Shown here: positions 38,502 through 47,062 of the stretch, in pieces
Position numbering within the stretch: position 1 is the first letter of the stretch
How the letters are laid out: the number at the start of each line of letters is the position of its first letter
Virus record (IMG/VR): IMGVR_UViG_3300032291_002057
Span: 14,305-78,304 of that record
Source: a virus
Taxonomy: Duplodnaviria > Heunggongvirae > Uroviricota > Caudoviricetes
Length of the DNA stretch: 64,000 nucleotides
Direction: 5' to 3' (one strand)
Position numbers and translations under genes: made by a program
Notes under the pieces: generated by a model
What the model was told of the DNA's origin: nothing
The model's database searches: none
Seen by the model: only the letters and a program-made list of their open reading frames with translations

Positions 38502-38954
38502 ATGACAAAAACTTTAACCCTTCGTTCCCTTGACATTCCGTCACTACACAAATTTGGAATCGGTTTTGATTCAATGTTTGATGAGTTACACAGAATCCAT
38601 TCTCAACAATCCAACTCAAACTATCCCCCATATAATATCGTCCAACTCAATGAGGACGAATATATGATTAGTGTTGCCGTTGCAGGATTTGGTCTTGAAA
38701 ATCTTTCAATAACAAAAGAGAAAAACTTTTTGATTATTGAAGGTAAAGAGTATAACCAAGAGAGTGAACAAATTGTACCGAACTATCTACACAAAGGTAT
38801 TAGCAACAGAGACTTCCGTCGTGAATTCAAACTTGCAGACCATGTAGAGATAGTAAATGCAAACTTGGAATTAGGTATTCTGAATATTCACTTAAAACGT
38901 GAAGTTCCTGAAGAACAAAAACCCAAGACTATTGCTATTACTTACACTAAATAA
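38502..38954 (+). CDS. ibpA: small heat-shock protein (IbpA/IbpB, Hsp20 family)
   Basis: GFDSMFDELHRI, YPPYNIVQLNEDEYMISVAVAGF, ISNRDFRREFKLAD match IbpA; RBS AGGAGAAAAAA-ATG. Confidence 0.85.
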   Translation: MTKTLTLRSLDIPSLHKFGIGFDSMFDELHRIHSQQSNSNYPPYNIVQLNEDEYMISVAVAGFGLENLSITKEKNFLIIEGKEYNQESEQIVPNYLHKGISNRDFRREFKLADHVEIVNANLELGILNIHLKREVPEEQKPKTIAITYTK

Positions 38955-38964
38955 TATAATAGCA

Positions 38965-38995
38965 AGTGTGTAGTTGAAAGGCTACACACTTTATT
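38965..38995 (+). terminator. rho-independent terminator after ibpA
   Basis: AGTGTGTAG / CTACACACT 9-bp stem followed by TTTATT. Confidence 0.5.
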
Positions 38996-39016
38996 AAATC
39001 CATTATAGGTAACAAA

Positions 39017-39328
39017 ATGTCAAAAACATCAACTGAAACAAAAATTAGAATTAAACCCAATCTTGCTATCAAAGAACCTCCGTTGTTCAAGATTATCTAC
39101 ATGAATGATAATGTTACTAGTATGGAATTTGTCGTAGGTACGTTGATCGATTATTTTAATTATAATGAAGATACTGCTACTTCTATCACTCATAATATTC
39201 ATGAGGAAGGAAGTGCAATTGTTGCAGTTTTACCCTATGAAATTGCAGAACAAAAAGGCATGGAAGTAACACTTGAAGCACGTAGTCAAGGATTCCCTTT
39301 GCTAGTTAAAGTGGAATCTGAAGCCTAA
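39017..39328 (+). CDS. clpS: ATP-dependent Clp protease adaptor ClpS
   Basis: PPLFKIIYMNDNVTSMEFVVGTL matches the ClpS core (VILLNDDYTPMEFV). Confidence 0.8.
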   Translation: MSKTSTETKIRIKPNLAIKEPPLFKIIYMNDNVTSMEFVVGTLIDYFNYNEDTATSITHNIHEEGSAIVAVLPYEIAEQKGMEVTLEARSQGFPLLVKVESEA

Positions 39329-40023
39329 ATAGTGACTTCTATTCGTTTAGCCCAATATGGTTTACGCTTAAAATATCCATTGTTAACATAGTTGATGCCT
39401 CTTACATGAGTATCAACTATTTTATCATACGTGCCATATGCCCAATGTGATATTTTACTTTCAGTATCTGAGACTAATACTATTCCCAAACTAAGTTGTG
39501 TCATAATATCATCTGGCTCCTCACCAAAATACAAATCTGGGCTAGGCACTGAATTAGACACTAAAATAATTTTCTTTACGTCTAGGTGTTTTTGTAGTCG
39601 TTCTACTGTATTTCTAAGATACAATAAATCTTCATTTCTATGCTGTTCTACTTCCATACCCGTTATTAAATCGGGGATGACTGAATCACCAAACCATCCG
39701 TTAGCACCCGCTATTGCAATTCCGTCTATGATTACTACATGGTGATGTAATATTGCAATATTTCTAACGGCTCTGCACATTCTATATATTTCCTCAGTGC
39801 GTTTTTCTATGGAAATAGCATTTTTATATTCTAGTGAACCTAGAACATAAAAAATGCCTTGATAATGTTTGGATAAATGTAATAGAGTTTGTCTTATTGT
39901 TCGTAAGTCAGAACTAATATTACCTGCTATTATACAGTATAAACTAGTTGCTTTACCTTCCCAATTAAAGCTGTCCTCAGGTGACAGATTTAAATCGCTG
40001 ATAATATCAAACCCTATTGACAT
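39325..40023 (-). CDS. hypothetical protein (weak metallophosphoesterase-like pattern)
   Basis: 232-aa minus-strand ORF; DLNL...AGNIS and HHHVVIIDG segments. Family assignment uncertain. Confidence 0.4.
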   Translation of the reverse strand: MSIGFDIISDLNLSPEDSFNWEGKATSLYCIIAGNISSDLRTIRQTLLHLSKHYQGIFYVLGSLEYKNAISIEKRTEEIYRMCRAVRNIAILHHHVVIIDGIAIAGANGWFGDSVIPDLITGMEVEQHRNEDLLYLRNTVERLQKHLDVKKIILVSNSVPSPDLYFGEEPDDIMTQLSLGIVLVSDTESKISHWAYGTYDKIVDTHVRGINYVNNGYFKRKPYWAKRIEVTI

Positions 40024-40026
40024 TAA

Positions 40027-40347
40027 TTACTTTGCCACTGTCATTCTAGGCTTTCTCGGAGCCTTTGGCTTAGCAGGTGCTTTAGTTTTAGGGGCAGCCG
40101 GAGCTTTTGGCTTAGCAGGCGCTTTAGCTTTTGGTGTTTCAACTGGAGTTGCAGTTTCAACTGGAGTTGCAGTTTCAACTGGAGTTGCAGTTTCAACTTT
40201 CACTGGTTCTGCAACAGGTACAACAGGGGTTTCTATCTTATATGGTACCTCTGTTGCTGTGTGAGGTGCTACACCTAACGGTAACGTTGATGGGGTAGAT
40301 TCTCTGGGTTTGTCCATACCGAATAGATTTTTTAAAAACTTAATCAT
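40027..40347 (-). CDS. repeat protein: TPVETA x4 plus KAPAKPKAP lysine-rich tail (histone H1-like low complexity)
   Basis: Encoded by 18-bp tandem DNA repeats; RBS AGGAGAAAAT on minus strand. Confidence 0.5.
   Translation of the reverse strand: MIKFLKNLFGMDKPRESTPSTLPLGVAPHTATEVPYKIETPVVPVAEPVKVETATPVETATPVETATPVETPKAKAPAKPKAPAAPKTKAPAKPKAPRKPRMTVAK
40057..40198. repeat. tandem repeats (18-bp unit CAACTGGAGTTGCAGTTT x3.5 and an adjacent ~36-bp unit x2) inside the gene
   Basis: Direct reading of 40057-40198. Confidence 0.8.
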
Positions 40348-40447
40348 AATTTTCTCCTTATATTATATTTAATATCGGACAAAAAAACCTTAATTTTTCC
40401 TAATGTATACATAGTTTGCGTGATTTGCTATAATTAAATACAGGATC

Positions 40448-40939
40448 ATGCTATACAAAAATGAGCTACGTGATATGATGCTAGAAGACCTTCCTGGCAT
40501 AGGGTATCAAAAAAGACTCGGTTATAGAACCAACTATGACGAGGTGGTATATCTTTACCGCTTGATTAATAAAACTATATTCAATAATGAACTAGAAATG
40601 CCTGAAATTGAAGTATTTCCTAGATGCAGAAAATATTGGGGAATGTGTTTTGGTTCTTATGAAAGAATTCGCGGCCGTAGAAGTTTTTGTAAAATACGAC
40701 TAATGGACAAATGGTATTGCAAGCAATGGTTAATTAGCACACTAGCGCATGAAATGTGTCATCAGTATCAATGGGATATTATGGGTAATAAACGTGAGGC
40801 TGAAGGCAAGGATAGGCTTATGAGCCATGGAATTAGCTTTTTTGTTTTTAAAGAAAAACTTGCTAAACATGGTATTTCACTAAAAAGAGCGCACGGAAGA
40901 CGCCGTTGGTTTAAATATCAAGATTTCTGGAAGTGTTAA
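40448..40939 (+). CDS. SprT-like zinc metallopeptidase domain protein
   Basis: HEMCHQYQWD (HExxH-x-x-x-x-x) in a SprT-like context. Confidence 0.5.
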   Translation: MLYKNELRDMMLEDLPGIGYQKRLGYRTNYDEVVYLYRLINKTIFNNELEMPEIEVFPRCRKYWGMCFGSYERIRGRRSFCKIRLMDKWYCKQWLISTLAHEMCHQYQWDIMGNKREAEGKDRLMSHGISFFVFKEKLAKHGISLKRAHGRRRWFKYQDFWKC

Positions 40940-40956
40940 GTCTAGATAAATACTAG

Positions 40957-42489
40957 ATGCGTGATATTTTAGAACAATTGGAACAACTGAATGAAAGCAC
41001 TGGATTAGCAGGACGAAAAGTAGGTGATACTTTTAAGAATGATGAAGGCGCAACTCTTACCTTTCAGGATTTGAAGTTTTTTCCTGAAGAAGGAAAATAT
41101 GATCCAGAACAATTGGATCAAGCACTAACTCAAATAACCAAACAAGCACCAAATATTTATTGGCAAAATGAAAGATCCAATAGAACAGGTGGATTTGGCA
41201 TTGCAAGTTTTATGGATGATGCAGGAGGTATAGTCAATGTAGGCCGGTATGTGCAAGAAGTTAAGCCTTCTTATACAGATAATTATATATCCAATAGTTT
41301 TAAAGCACTTGATATGGATTGGCAATACGGTAGCGCTGCCGCTGTTAAAGCACAATCATTTTTAACACCACAAGATTTATTAACTGACAAAATTGATTTA
41401 ACAACTCCTGACATAATGAAACAACTTGCAGTAAGTTTAGGAACAGATAATCCATTGTATGCAGTAGCCCATCATATTGCAATAGGTGGAGAATTACCTT
41501 ATCAATTTAAAGCACCTAGCAATGTAAGTTTTACTGCATTTCGTGATTACTTCTGTGAGATATTGCAACCAATGGCATTACAAAAGGGTACATACGAAGG
41601 TAATGCAGGTGAAGCAGCCGCAAGATTTTTAGATGGAGATTTTAGTGATACTGTGATTACTTTTGATCAAAGTAAAACAGCTGGATTGAGCGATAGTATT
41701 ATGAGTGATTCCAAAGGTCGTTATGTAAAAATCAGTAGCAAAGGTAAAAAAGGAGCAACTGCTAGTACACAAAATTTAATTGATGGTGTGAATGAATTAC
41801 GTCAAACACCAATCGGTAAAAAGATGATTAACAATTACAAAGAAGAAATAGATATTTTAGAAACAATAGCAAATAATGGACAAGCAGATGCACCATTAAT
41901 ATTAGGTATTGAGTACGGTATAATCAAAGATGATGAAGTTGGAATGATTCAAGATTTAAAAAGTCAACGTAACATTAATTTAAAAAATATTGAACGTGTT
42001 GGATTGACTCCTAATCTAACAAAACTAGCAATGGAACGCGGAACAGATAATCCGCAGAATTTGAATTTATATTACCATTTAATGGCTGCAGTAGCACACA
42101 AAGTAGCAAATTATATCAATGAAAATACAAAATTCACTAAAGCTGCTACTGATATTCTTAACAACGGTGCATTGGTACAAATATATACAATAGCTAGTCA
42201 AGGTAAAGAAACATGGACATTAGAAAATTTTAAAACAATATATCCAGGTGAAACTATTAAGGGTGTTTTTTTAGATGCTGGTAAAACGTATTATAGTACA
42301 GGAATAAAAGGTAAATTTACTTTTAAGATTGACAAAGGCAAAGGTGTCCCCAAAGATGATGTAACATCATCGCAATCTGATGTGGGTAGAAATAAACGTA
42401 ACACTGATTTGGCAACAATGGCAAAGCAAGTTGTAGGTGGTGCAGTTAAAGCAAAAGAAACAAGCCCAAGAAAAAAACGAAAAAAATAA
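40957..42489 (+). CDS. hypothetical protein (510 aa, basic KKRKK C-terminus)
   Basis: Long ORF, no family recognised. Confidence 0.5.
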   Translation: MRDILEQLEQLNESTGLAGRKVGDTFKNDEGATLTFQDLKFFPEEGKYDPEQLDQALTQITKQAPNIYWQNERSNRTGGFGIASFMDDAGGIVNVGRYVQEVKPSYTDNYISNSFKALDMDWQYGSAAAVKAQSFLTPQDLLTDKIDLTTPDIMKQLAVSLGTDNPLYAVAHHIAIGGELPYQFKAPSNVSFTAFRDYFCEILQPMALQKGTYEGNAGEAAARFLDGDFSDTVITFDQSKTAGLSDSIMSDSKGRYVKISSKGKKGATASTQNLIDGVNELRQTPIGKKMINNYKEEIDILETIANNGQADAPLILGIEYGIIKDDEVGMIQDLKSQRNINLKNIERVGLTPNLTKLAMERGTDNPQNLNLYYHLMAAVAHKVANYINENTKFTKAATDILNNGALVQIYTIASQGKETWTLENFKTIYPGETIKGVFLDAGKTYYSTGIKGKFTFKIDKGKGVPKDDVTSSQSDVGRNKRNTDLATMAKQVVGGAVKAKETSPRKKRKK

Positions 42490-42501
42490 TATCCAAAATA
42501 C

Positions 42502-42530
42502 TTGAAATAGTATAGACAATACTTTATACT
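42502..42530 (+). promoter_or_regulatory. sigma70-like promoter (TTGAAA-17-TATACT) upstream of clpP
   Basis: Hexamers and spacing, followed by RBS TAAGGAG. Confidence 0.5.
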
Positions 42531-42555
42531 AGCAACAAGTTAATTAAGGAGCATT

Positions 42556-43146
42556 ATGAATTTAGTCCCAATCGTTTTAGAACAAACAGCAAAAGGTGAG
42601 CGTAGTTATGATATCTATTCACGCCTCTTGCGTGACCGTGTAATCTTACTTGAAGGTGAAGTACACGACCAAATGGCAAATCTTATCGTTGCCCAATTAC
42701 TTTACTTAGAAAGTGAAGGCGATAAAGATATCTCAATGTATATCAATAGCCCGGGTGGTAGTGTAACTGCTGGTATGGCTATCTATGATACAATGCAATT
42801 TATCAAACCTGAAGTTATGACAATCGTTATGGGTCAGGCTTGTTCAATGGGAAGTCTATTAGCACAAGCAGGTGCACCAAACAAACGTTTTATTCTTCCA
42901 AATGCACGACACATGATCCATCAGCCTAGTGGTGGCGCACGTGGTCAAGCAACTGATATGCTAATTCAAGTAGAAGAAATTCTTGAAATGAAACGTAACT
43001 TAACCAATATATATGTTAAACACAATTCAAAAGAAAAAACTTTTGAACAACTAACACAAGATATGGAACGTGATAATTTTATGAGTGCTGATCAAGCCGT
43101 AAATTATGGCCTTGCAGACAAAATACTTACATCACGAAATAGTTAA
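42556..43146 (+). CDS. clpP: ATP-dependent Clp protease proteolytic subunit ClpP
   Basis: Colinear match to ClpP: catalytic Ser in GQACSMGS, His in MIHQP, Asp in DNFMSAD; [21 protein letters not shown]. Confidence 0.9.
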   Translation: MNLVPIVLEQTAKGERSYDIYSRLLRDRVILLEGEVHDQMANLIVAQLLYLESEGDKDISMYINSPGGSVTAGMAIYDTMQFIKPEVMTIVMGQACSMGSLLAQAGAPNKRFILPNARHMIHQPSGGARGQATDMLIQVEEILEMKRNLTNIYVKHNSKEKTFEQLTQDMERDNFMSADQAVNYGLADKILTSRNS

Positions 43147-43160
43147 TTAGTATTACTTTT

Positions 43161-43184
43161 AGCCCCGTTTTTGGGGCTTTTTTA
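43161..43184 (+). terminator. rho-independent terminator after clpP
   Basis: AGCCCC-GTTTTT-GGGGCT followed by TTTTTT. Confidence 0.7.
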
Positions 43185-43187
43185 CGG

Positions 43188-43216
43188 TTGACAATAAAAT
43201 ATTTTGGGCATATAAT
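43188..43216 (+). promoter_or_regulatory. early promoter copy D (TTGACAATAAAATATTTTGGGCATATAAT), leaderless
   Basis: TTGACA-17-TATAAT; ATG 43223 lies 6 nt after the -10. Confidence 0.6.
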
Positions 43217-43222
43217 TCATGT

Positions 43223-43441
43223 ATGAAATCAAGAATTTATATCACTCAAAAAGATAACGACAAATACTTTAAGCAAAAATTACCTACATTCCGTAATGGT
43301 TTTTGCTATATTGAACGTGTTGTAACTTTTGAACAGGACCCAACCAATTCGTTTGACGAGGGTGAGTGGGGTTACATCACTGTAGGTAAACAAAAAGTAT
43401 TCGTTTTTGGTGACAAAAATTCCTTCGAAATTTGGAAGTAA
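43223..43441 (+). CDS. hypothetical small protein (cassette gene)
   Basis: 72-aa ORF directly downstream of promoter D. Confidence 0.45.
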   Translation: MKSRIYITQKDNDKYFKQKLPTFRNGFCYIERVVTFEQDPTNSFDEGEWGYITVGKQKVFVFGDKNSFEIWK

Positions 43442-43445
43442 ATGG

Positions 43446-43474
43446 TTGACAACAAATCATTTTGGGTTTATACT
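43446..43474 (+). promoter_or_regulatory. early promoter copy E (TTGACAACAAATCATTTTGGGTTTATACT)
   Basis: TTGACA-17-TATACT; leader TATAGTCTGTTCAGTTGATTAAAGGAG is identical to copy A. Confidence 0.6.
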
Positions 43475-43505
43475 ATAGTCTGTTCAGTTGATTAAAGGAG
43501 CATTT

Positions 43506-43730
43506 ATGTCTTTCACACAGTACATGATGGATTTTTATGGTCCCCAAAGTGATCTTTACCCCGAGTTGAATTTCAACGAAACACAAATCGCCATCGCTAC
43601 AGGCATCTACAAAATGCGCCTGACTACCGAAGGTAGGGAATTCTATGGGGACACTATGGATCGTGAAATGGTTCGTGATATCATCCTTGAAGCCCGTGAA
43701 AAAGTTTTGCCAGAGTTTGCAAAGGCTTGA
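43506..43730 (+). CDS. hypothetical small protein (cassette gene)
   Basis: ATG 8 nt after AAAGGAG (as in copy A); the track ORF start at 43488 would read through the RBS; stop TGA inside the next TTGACA. Confidence 0.45.
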   Translation: MSFTQYMMDFYGPQSDLYPELNFNETQIAIATGIYKMRLTTEGREFYGDTMDREMVRDIILEAREKVLPEFAKA

Positions 43731-43755
43731 CAATAAATCATTTTGGGTATATAAT
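43727..43755 (+). promoter_or_regulatory. early promoter copy F (TTGACAATAAATCATTTTGGGTATATAAT)
   Basis: Perfect TTGACA-17-TATAAT; leader AGAATCTTAAACAGTC...GGAGTTAAAA shared with copy C. Confidence 0.65.
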
Positions 43756-43789
43756 AGAATCTTAAACAGTCAACAAACAGGAGTTAAAA

Positions 43790-44245
43790 ATGGGTACACG
43801 TTCACTTATTGCAGTTGTTCATGGTGACAATTACAAAACAGTTTATTGTCATTGGGATGGCTACCTGTCGCACAATGGTCGCATTTTGCAAGAACACTAC
43901 AATAGTTCAAAAGCCAATCATCTTGTTGCATTGGGCAATATCTCTAGTCTTGGAACTGAGATTGGCGAAAAGCATCCCTTCAGTCAATTTGATACTGACA
44001 TGCCAGCCAAAGAGTTTGAAGAAAAGTATGGCAACATGACTACATTCTATGGTCGTGACCGTGAAGAAGAAGGTCAAGAGTTTATCACGCACACCAGCAA
44101 AGAATCATTGATTGAACATTTCAACGAGTCTTGGTGTGAGTTTGCATACATTATGAAAGACAGCACATGGTATGTTATGTATCAAGGTGATACTGAATTG
44201 CGTGTGTTGTCAGAAGAATTGGCTAAAGTAACTGAGGAAGTTTAA
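43790..44245 (+). CDS. hypothetical protein (cassette gene)
   Basis: 151-aa ORF after the shared leader. Confidence 0.5.
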   Translation: MGTRSLIAVVHGDNYKTVYCHWDGYLSHNGRILQEHYNSSKANHLVALGNISSLGTEIGEKHPFSQFDTDMPAKEFEEKYGNMTTFYGRDREEEGQEFITHTSKESLIEHFNESWCEFAYIMKDSTWYVMYQGDTELRVLSEELAKVTEEV

Positions 44246-44574
44246 TGGAAGCAGTAGTAGAAACAACAGTATGGAGTGATAGCAATCTTGCCAATCACAC
44301 TTACCTTCTTGATGGTACTAAAATGATTGCGTACATTAAAGTTGGTTCTACTACTCCATTCTATTTTAAGAACCCGATCACCATCGACAAACGTGGTCGC
44401 AAGTTCCAAGCATTGAAAGTTAATCCTTTCAAAAAGATAAAAGAAAAATCTACTATAATTAAAGTATCTGGTAGCAAGGGTAATATATATAGTATTGATA
44501 CAGTAGATAAAACATGCACATGCCCTGGATACACATTTCGCGGTACTTGTAAACATATTACGGAGTTGGTATGA
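44245..44574 (+). CDS. SWIM zinc-finger protein
   Basis: C-terminal CTCPGYTFRGTCKHI (C-x-C-x(n)-C-x-H). Confidence 0.5.
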   Translation: MEAVVETTVWSDSNLANHTYLLDGTKMIAYIKVGSTTPFYFKNPITIDKRGRKFQALKVNPFKKIKEKSTIIKVSGSKGNIYSIDTVDKTCTCPGYTFRGTCKHITELV

Positions 44575-44810
44575 ACGAACAAACAATTGATCTTTACAAA
44601 CAAGCAACAGAGTTTGCCTATGATTCTATCGGAAAAGAACATTCCAATACCGCATACTTTCAAGGTACTATTGCAGGAAAGTTTGCCGAGTTGATGTTGA
44701 CAGAATTTAAAAGTGTATTACTTAACATGATGAATAAAGGTCAAGGTGAGTTTGATACTTTGGACCAAGCACTTACAGAAATTAACGAACATTTCGGAGT
44801 TGAAGAATGA
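44571..44810 (+). CDS. MNE-family small protein (paralog 3)
   Basis: MNEQTIDLYKQ...FAELMLTEF...EHFGVEE; starts ATGAACGAAC. Confidence 0.5.
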   Translation: MNEQTIDLYKQATEFAYDSIGKEHSNTAYFQGTIAGKFAELMLTEFKSVLLNMMNKGQGEFDTLDQALTEINEHFGVEE

Positions 44811-45178
44811 CCAATGAAATCACCGTAGAAATGCTGGACCGCAAGATTGCATGGTGTGAGCAAAAGCTAGCGGACGCCAAGGCAGCAGCCATCCAGCACA
44901 TGCAGGATTTTTACTTTGAAAAGACCCGGGCCAGTGTGACCGAGTCTTGGCCTGAAACATTCTCATCACAGGAACTTGCTGATACTTTGGGTATAGAGCA
45001 AGTGCGGTATAGAATCTACTACAGCCGAGATAATCTCACTTGCCGACTGTTTGTGTTTCGCCCTTACTGTACACCAACTGAAATGGAAACAATGTTGGGT
45101 ATGGGGTTTGTGTTTGCACAAGATGGTGATACAGAAAATATCCCTGATAAACCAGTAGAAGAGGAAGTTGAAGAATGA
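44807..45178 (+). CDS. hypothetical acidic protein embedded in the MNE array
   Basis: 123 aa, ends VEEEVEE; ATGA overlaps on both sides. Confidence 0.45.
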   Translation: MTNEITVEMLDRKIAWCEQKLADAKAAAIQHMQDFYFEKTRASVTESWPETFSSQELADTLGIEQVRYRIYYSRDNLTCRLFVFRPYCTPTEMETMLGMGFVFAQDGDTENIPDKPVEEEVEE

Positions 45179-45351
45179 ACGAACGAATGTTTGAACTATT
45201 AGCGCAAGCCCGCAATCAACCACTTGATGTGGTCAAGGCTGCACCATTTGGATCAGCCATGCTTACCCCTGCACAATTGGAAACATACACCAAATTGGTT
45301 ATTGAAGAATGTGCTAAAATAACCAAACAACATTTTGGAGTTGAAGAATGA
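45175..45351 (+). CDS. MNE-family small protein (paralog 4, 58 aa, not in the ORF track)
   Basis: MNERMFELLAQ...LVIEECAKITKQHFGVEE; ATGA overlaps. Confidence 0.45.
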   Translation: MNERMFELLAQARNQPLDVVKAAPFGSAMLTPAQLETYTKLVIEECAKITKQHFGVEE

Positions 45352-45584
45352 ACGAACGAATTAAACAACTTGAACTTCAGGCTGCTGACGGCACTGTCGA
45401 TCCTAATGGACCATTTACAGCGGAAGAATTCAACAACTTTACAAAAAAGTTCGCCGAGTTGATTGTTAAGGAAATGTGTAGTGTGTTAGACAAGGCACAA
45501 TGGGACAAAGGTGAAGATTGGATATGTGCTGACGGCACACGAATCATCCCACAGATTAAAGAACATTTCGGAGTTGAAGAATGA
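45348..45584 (+). CDS. MNERIKEL-family small protein (paralog 5)
   Basis: MNERIKQLELQ...FAELIVKEMCSV...EHFGVEE. Confidence 0.5.
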   Translation: MNERIKQLELQAADGTVDPNGPFTAEEFNNFTKKFAELIVKEMCSVLDKAQWDKGEDWICADGTRIIPQIKEHFGVEE

Positions 45585-45819
45585 TTGAAAGTATTATTAT
45601 TGTCGCAGTTGTTATTATTGTTGGTGTAAATATTCTAACAACAGTATCAACAAGATTTCGCCGCTGGTTATATAAGGATATGACATGAATGAAGAATTAA
45701 AGCAATTGGTTTTAAAAGCAGGTGCACCTAAAGAAGTGCTTGATGAATTGTGGTTCAATATCTTTTGTCAACAATTCGTTGATGTATTACTCACCGAAGT
45801 AGAAACAATTTTATAAATT

Positions 45820-46662
45820 ATGAAAATAGCAGTATGTAGTGATTTGCACCTAGAGTTTCAGGACATCAATCTCAAAAATGAAGAGGGTGCAGAGGTCCTG
45901 ATCCTCAGCGGTGATATTATGCTTGCGGAAGATTTACACAATCATCCGCCTGTGCATCCAAATGATCCAGTTAATATCCCTAACTTAGGGCGCAGACAAG
46001 AGACTGCACTGCGATTCCGTAACTTTCTTAGCCGTTGTAGTTTTCAATTTCCGCATGTAATTTATATTGCAGGTAACCATGAATTCTATCACGGACTTTG
46101 GAAAGCTAGCCTACAACATTTGCGTGATGAATGTGCAAGATATCCAAACGTTTATTTCCTTGAAAACGATATCAAGGTAATTAATGAAGTGTCCTTTATC
46201 GGTGCTACATTGTGGACTGACTGCAACAAAGGTGATCCATTAACATTACATGCATTAACTGATATGATGAATGACTTTAGAATCATTCGTAATGATGAGC
46301 ATGGGTACACTAAATTGCGTCCTGCACACATAATGTATCGGCACCAGCAAACTCTGTCATATCTAAAAGCGGTTCTTCCTGATATGAAAGATAAGAAGGT
46401 TGTCTTTGTTGGTCACCATACACCAAGTCACCAATCGGTCCATGAAAGATACAAGGGTGATTACTTGATGAACGGTGGGTATCATAGTGACTTGAGTGAA
46501 TTTATTTTGGATCATCCTGAGATTGTCTTATGGACGCATGGTCATACACATGAACCATTTGACTATATGATTGGTACTACCCGTGTATTTGCTAATCCTC
46601 GTGGTTACGGTGGACATGATCCTCAAGCTGATGTGTTTGAATTAAAGTATTTGGACATCTAA
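45820..46662 (+). CDS. calcineurin-like metallophosphoesterase
   Basis: Motifs CSDLH (D-x-H), SGD (GD), AGNHE, GHHT, HGHTHE in canonical order. Confidence 0.75.
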   Translation: MKIAVCSDLHLEFQDINLKNEEGAEVLILSGDIMLAEDLHNHPPVHPNDPVNIPNLGRRQETALRFRNFLSRCSFQFPHVIYIAGNHEFYHGLWKASLQHLRDECARYPNVYFLENDIKVINEVSFIGATLWTDCNKGDPLTLHALTDMMNDFRIIRNDEHGYTKLRPAHIMYRHQQTLSYLKAVLPDMKDKKVVFVGHHTPSHQSVHERYKGDYLMNGGYHSDLSEFILDHPEIVLWTHGHTHEPFDYMIGTTRVFANPRGYGGHDPQADVFELKYLDI

Positions 46663-46761
46663 TTGAAGCAAGGTGTCCAATACTTATTGATTAATAATAG
46701 ATATCATCGTATAATCTATGTACGTTGTGAGAACAACGAATTAACCAAAAGGAAATCAAAA

Positions 46762-47016
46762 ATGATGACAAAGAGCGAACGCCTAATTGGGGCACTCAAG
46801 ACTGGTGAAAAACTCACTGCAAAGCAAATTGCCGCACGTTTCGGCATTGCTAACCCAACTGCTACTGTAAGCGACTTGCGCTTGCGTGGTGGCCATGCAG
46901 TTTATGCTAATGAGCATAAAGATACTAAAGGTCGCATGACCGTTAAGTATGAGTTGGGTCGTCCAAGCCGCAAGGTAGTAGCCGCTGGCTACCGTGCATT
47001 GGCACAACAAGCCTGA
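46762..47016 (+). CDS. small helix-turn-helix DNA-binding protein
   Basis: RBS AAAAGGAAATCAAAA-ATG; LTAKQIAARFGI...TATVSDLR HTH-like; followed by tandem terminators. Confidence 0.45.
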   Translation: MMTKSERLIGALKTGEKLTAKQIAARFGIANPTATVSDLRLRGGHAVYANEHKDTKGRMTVKYELGRPSRKVVAAGYRALAQQA

Positions 47017-47059
47017 TACAAGGCTTTTTAATTAAAAGGGTGATTCGTCACCCTTTTTC
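47009..47059 (+). terminator. two tandem rho-independent terminators
   Basis: AAGCCT-GATACA-AGGCTT TTTTAATT, then AGGGTGA-TTCG-TCACCCT TTTTT. Confidence 0.65.
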
Positions 47060-47062
47060 TAC

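Noticed and set aside
40137-40198. Short tandem repeat considered as a CRISPR array
   Set aside because: Only 3.5 contiguous 18-bp units with no spacers, in-frame within a coding sequence; no cas genes nearby.
43488-43505. TTG start of track ORF 43488-43730
   Set aside because: It would translate through the AAAGGAG Shine-Dalgarno. By analogy with the identical leader at 27883-27915, the ATG at 43506 is the start.
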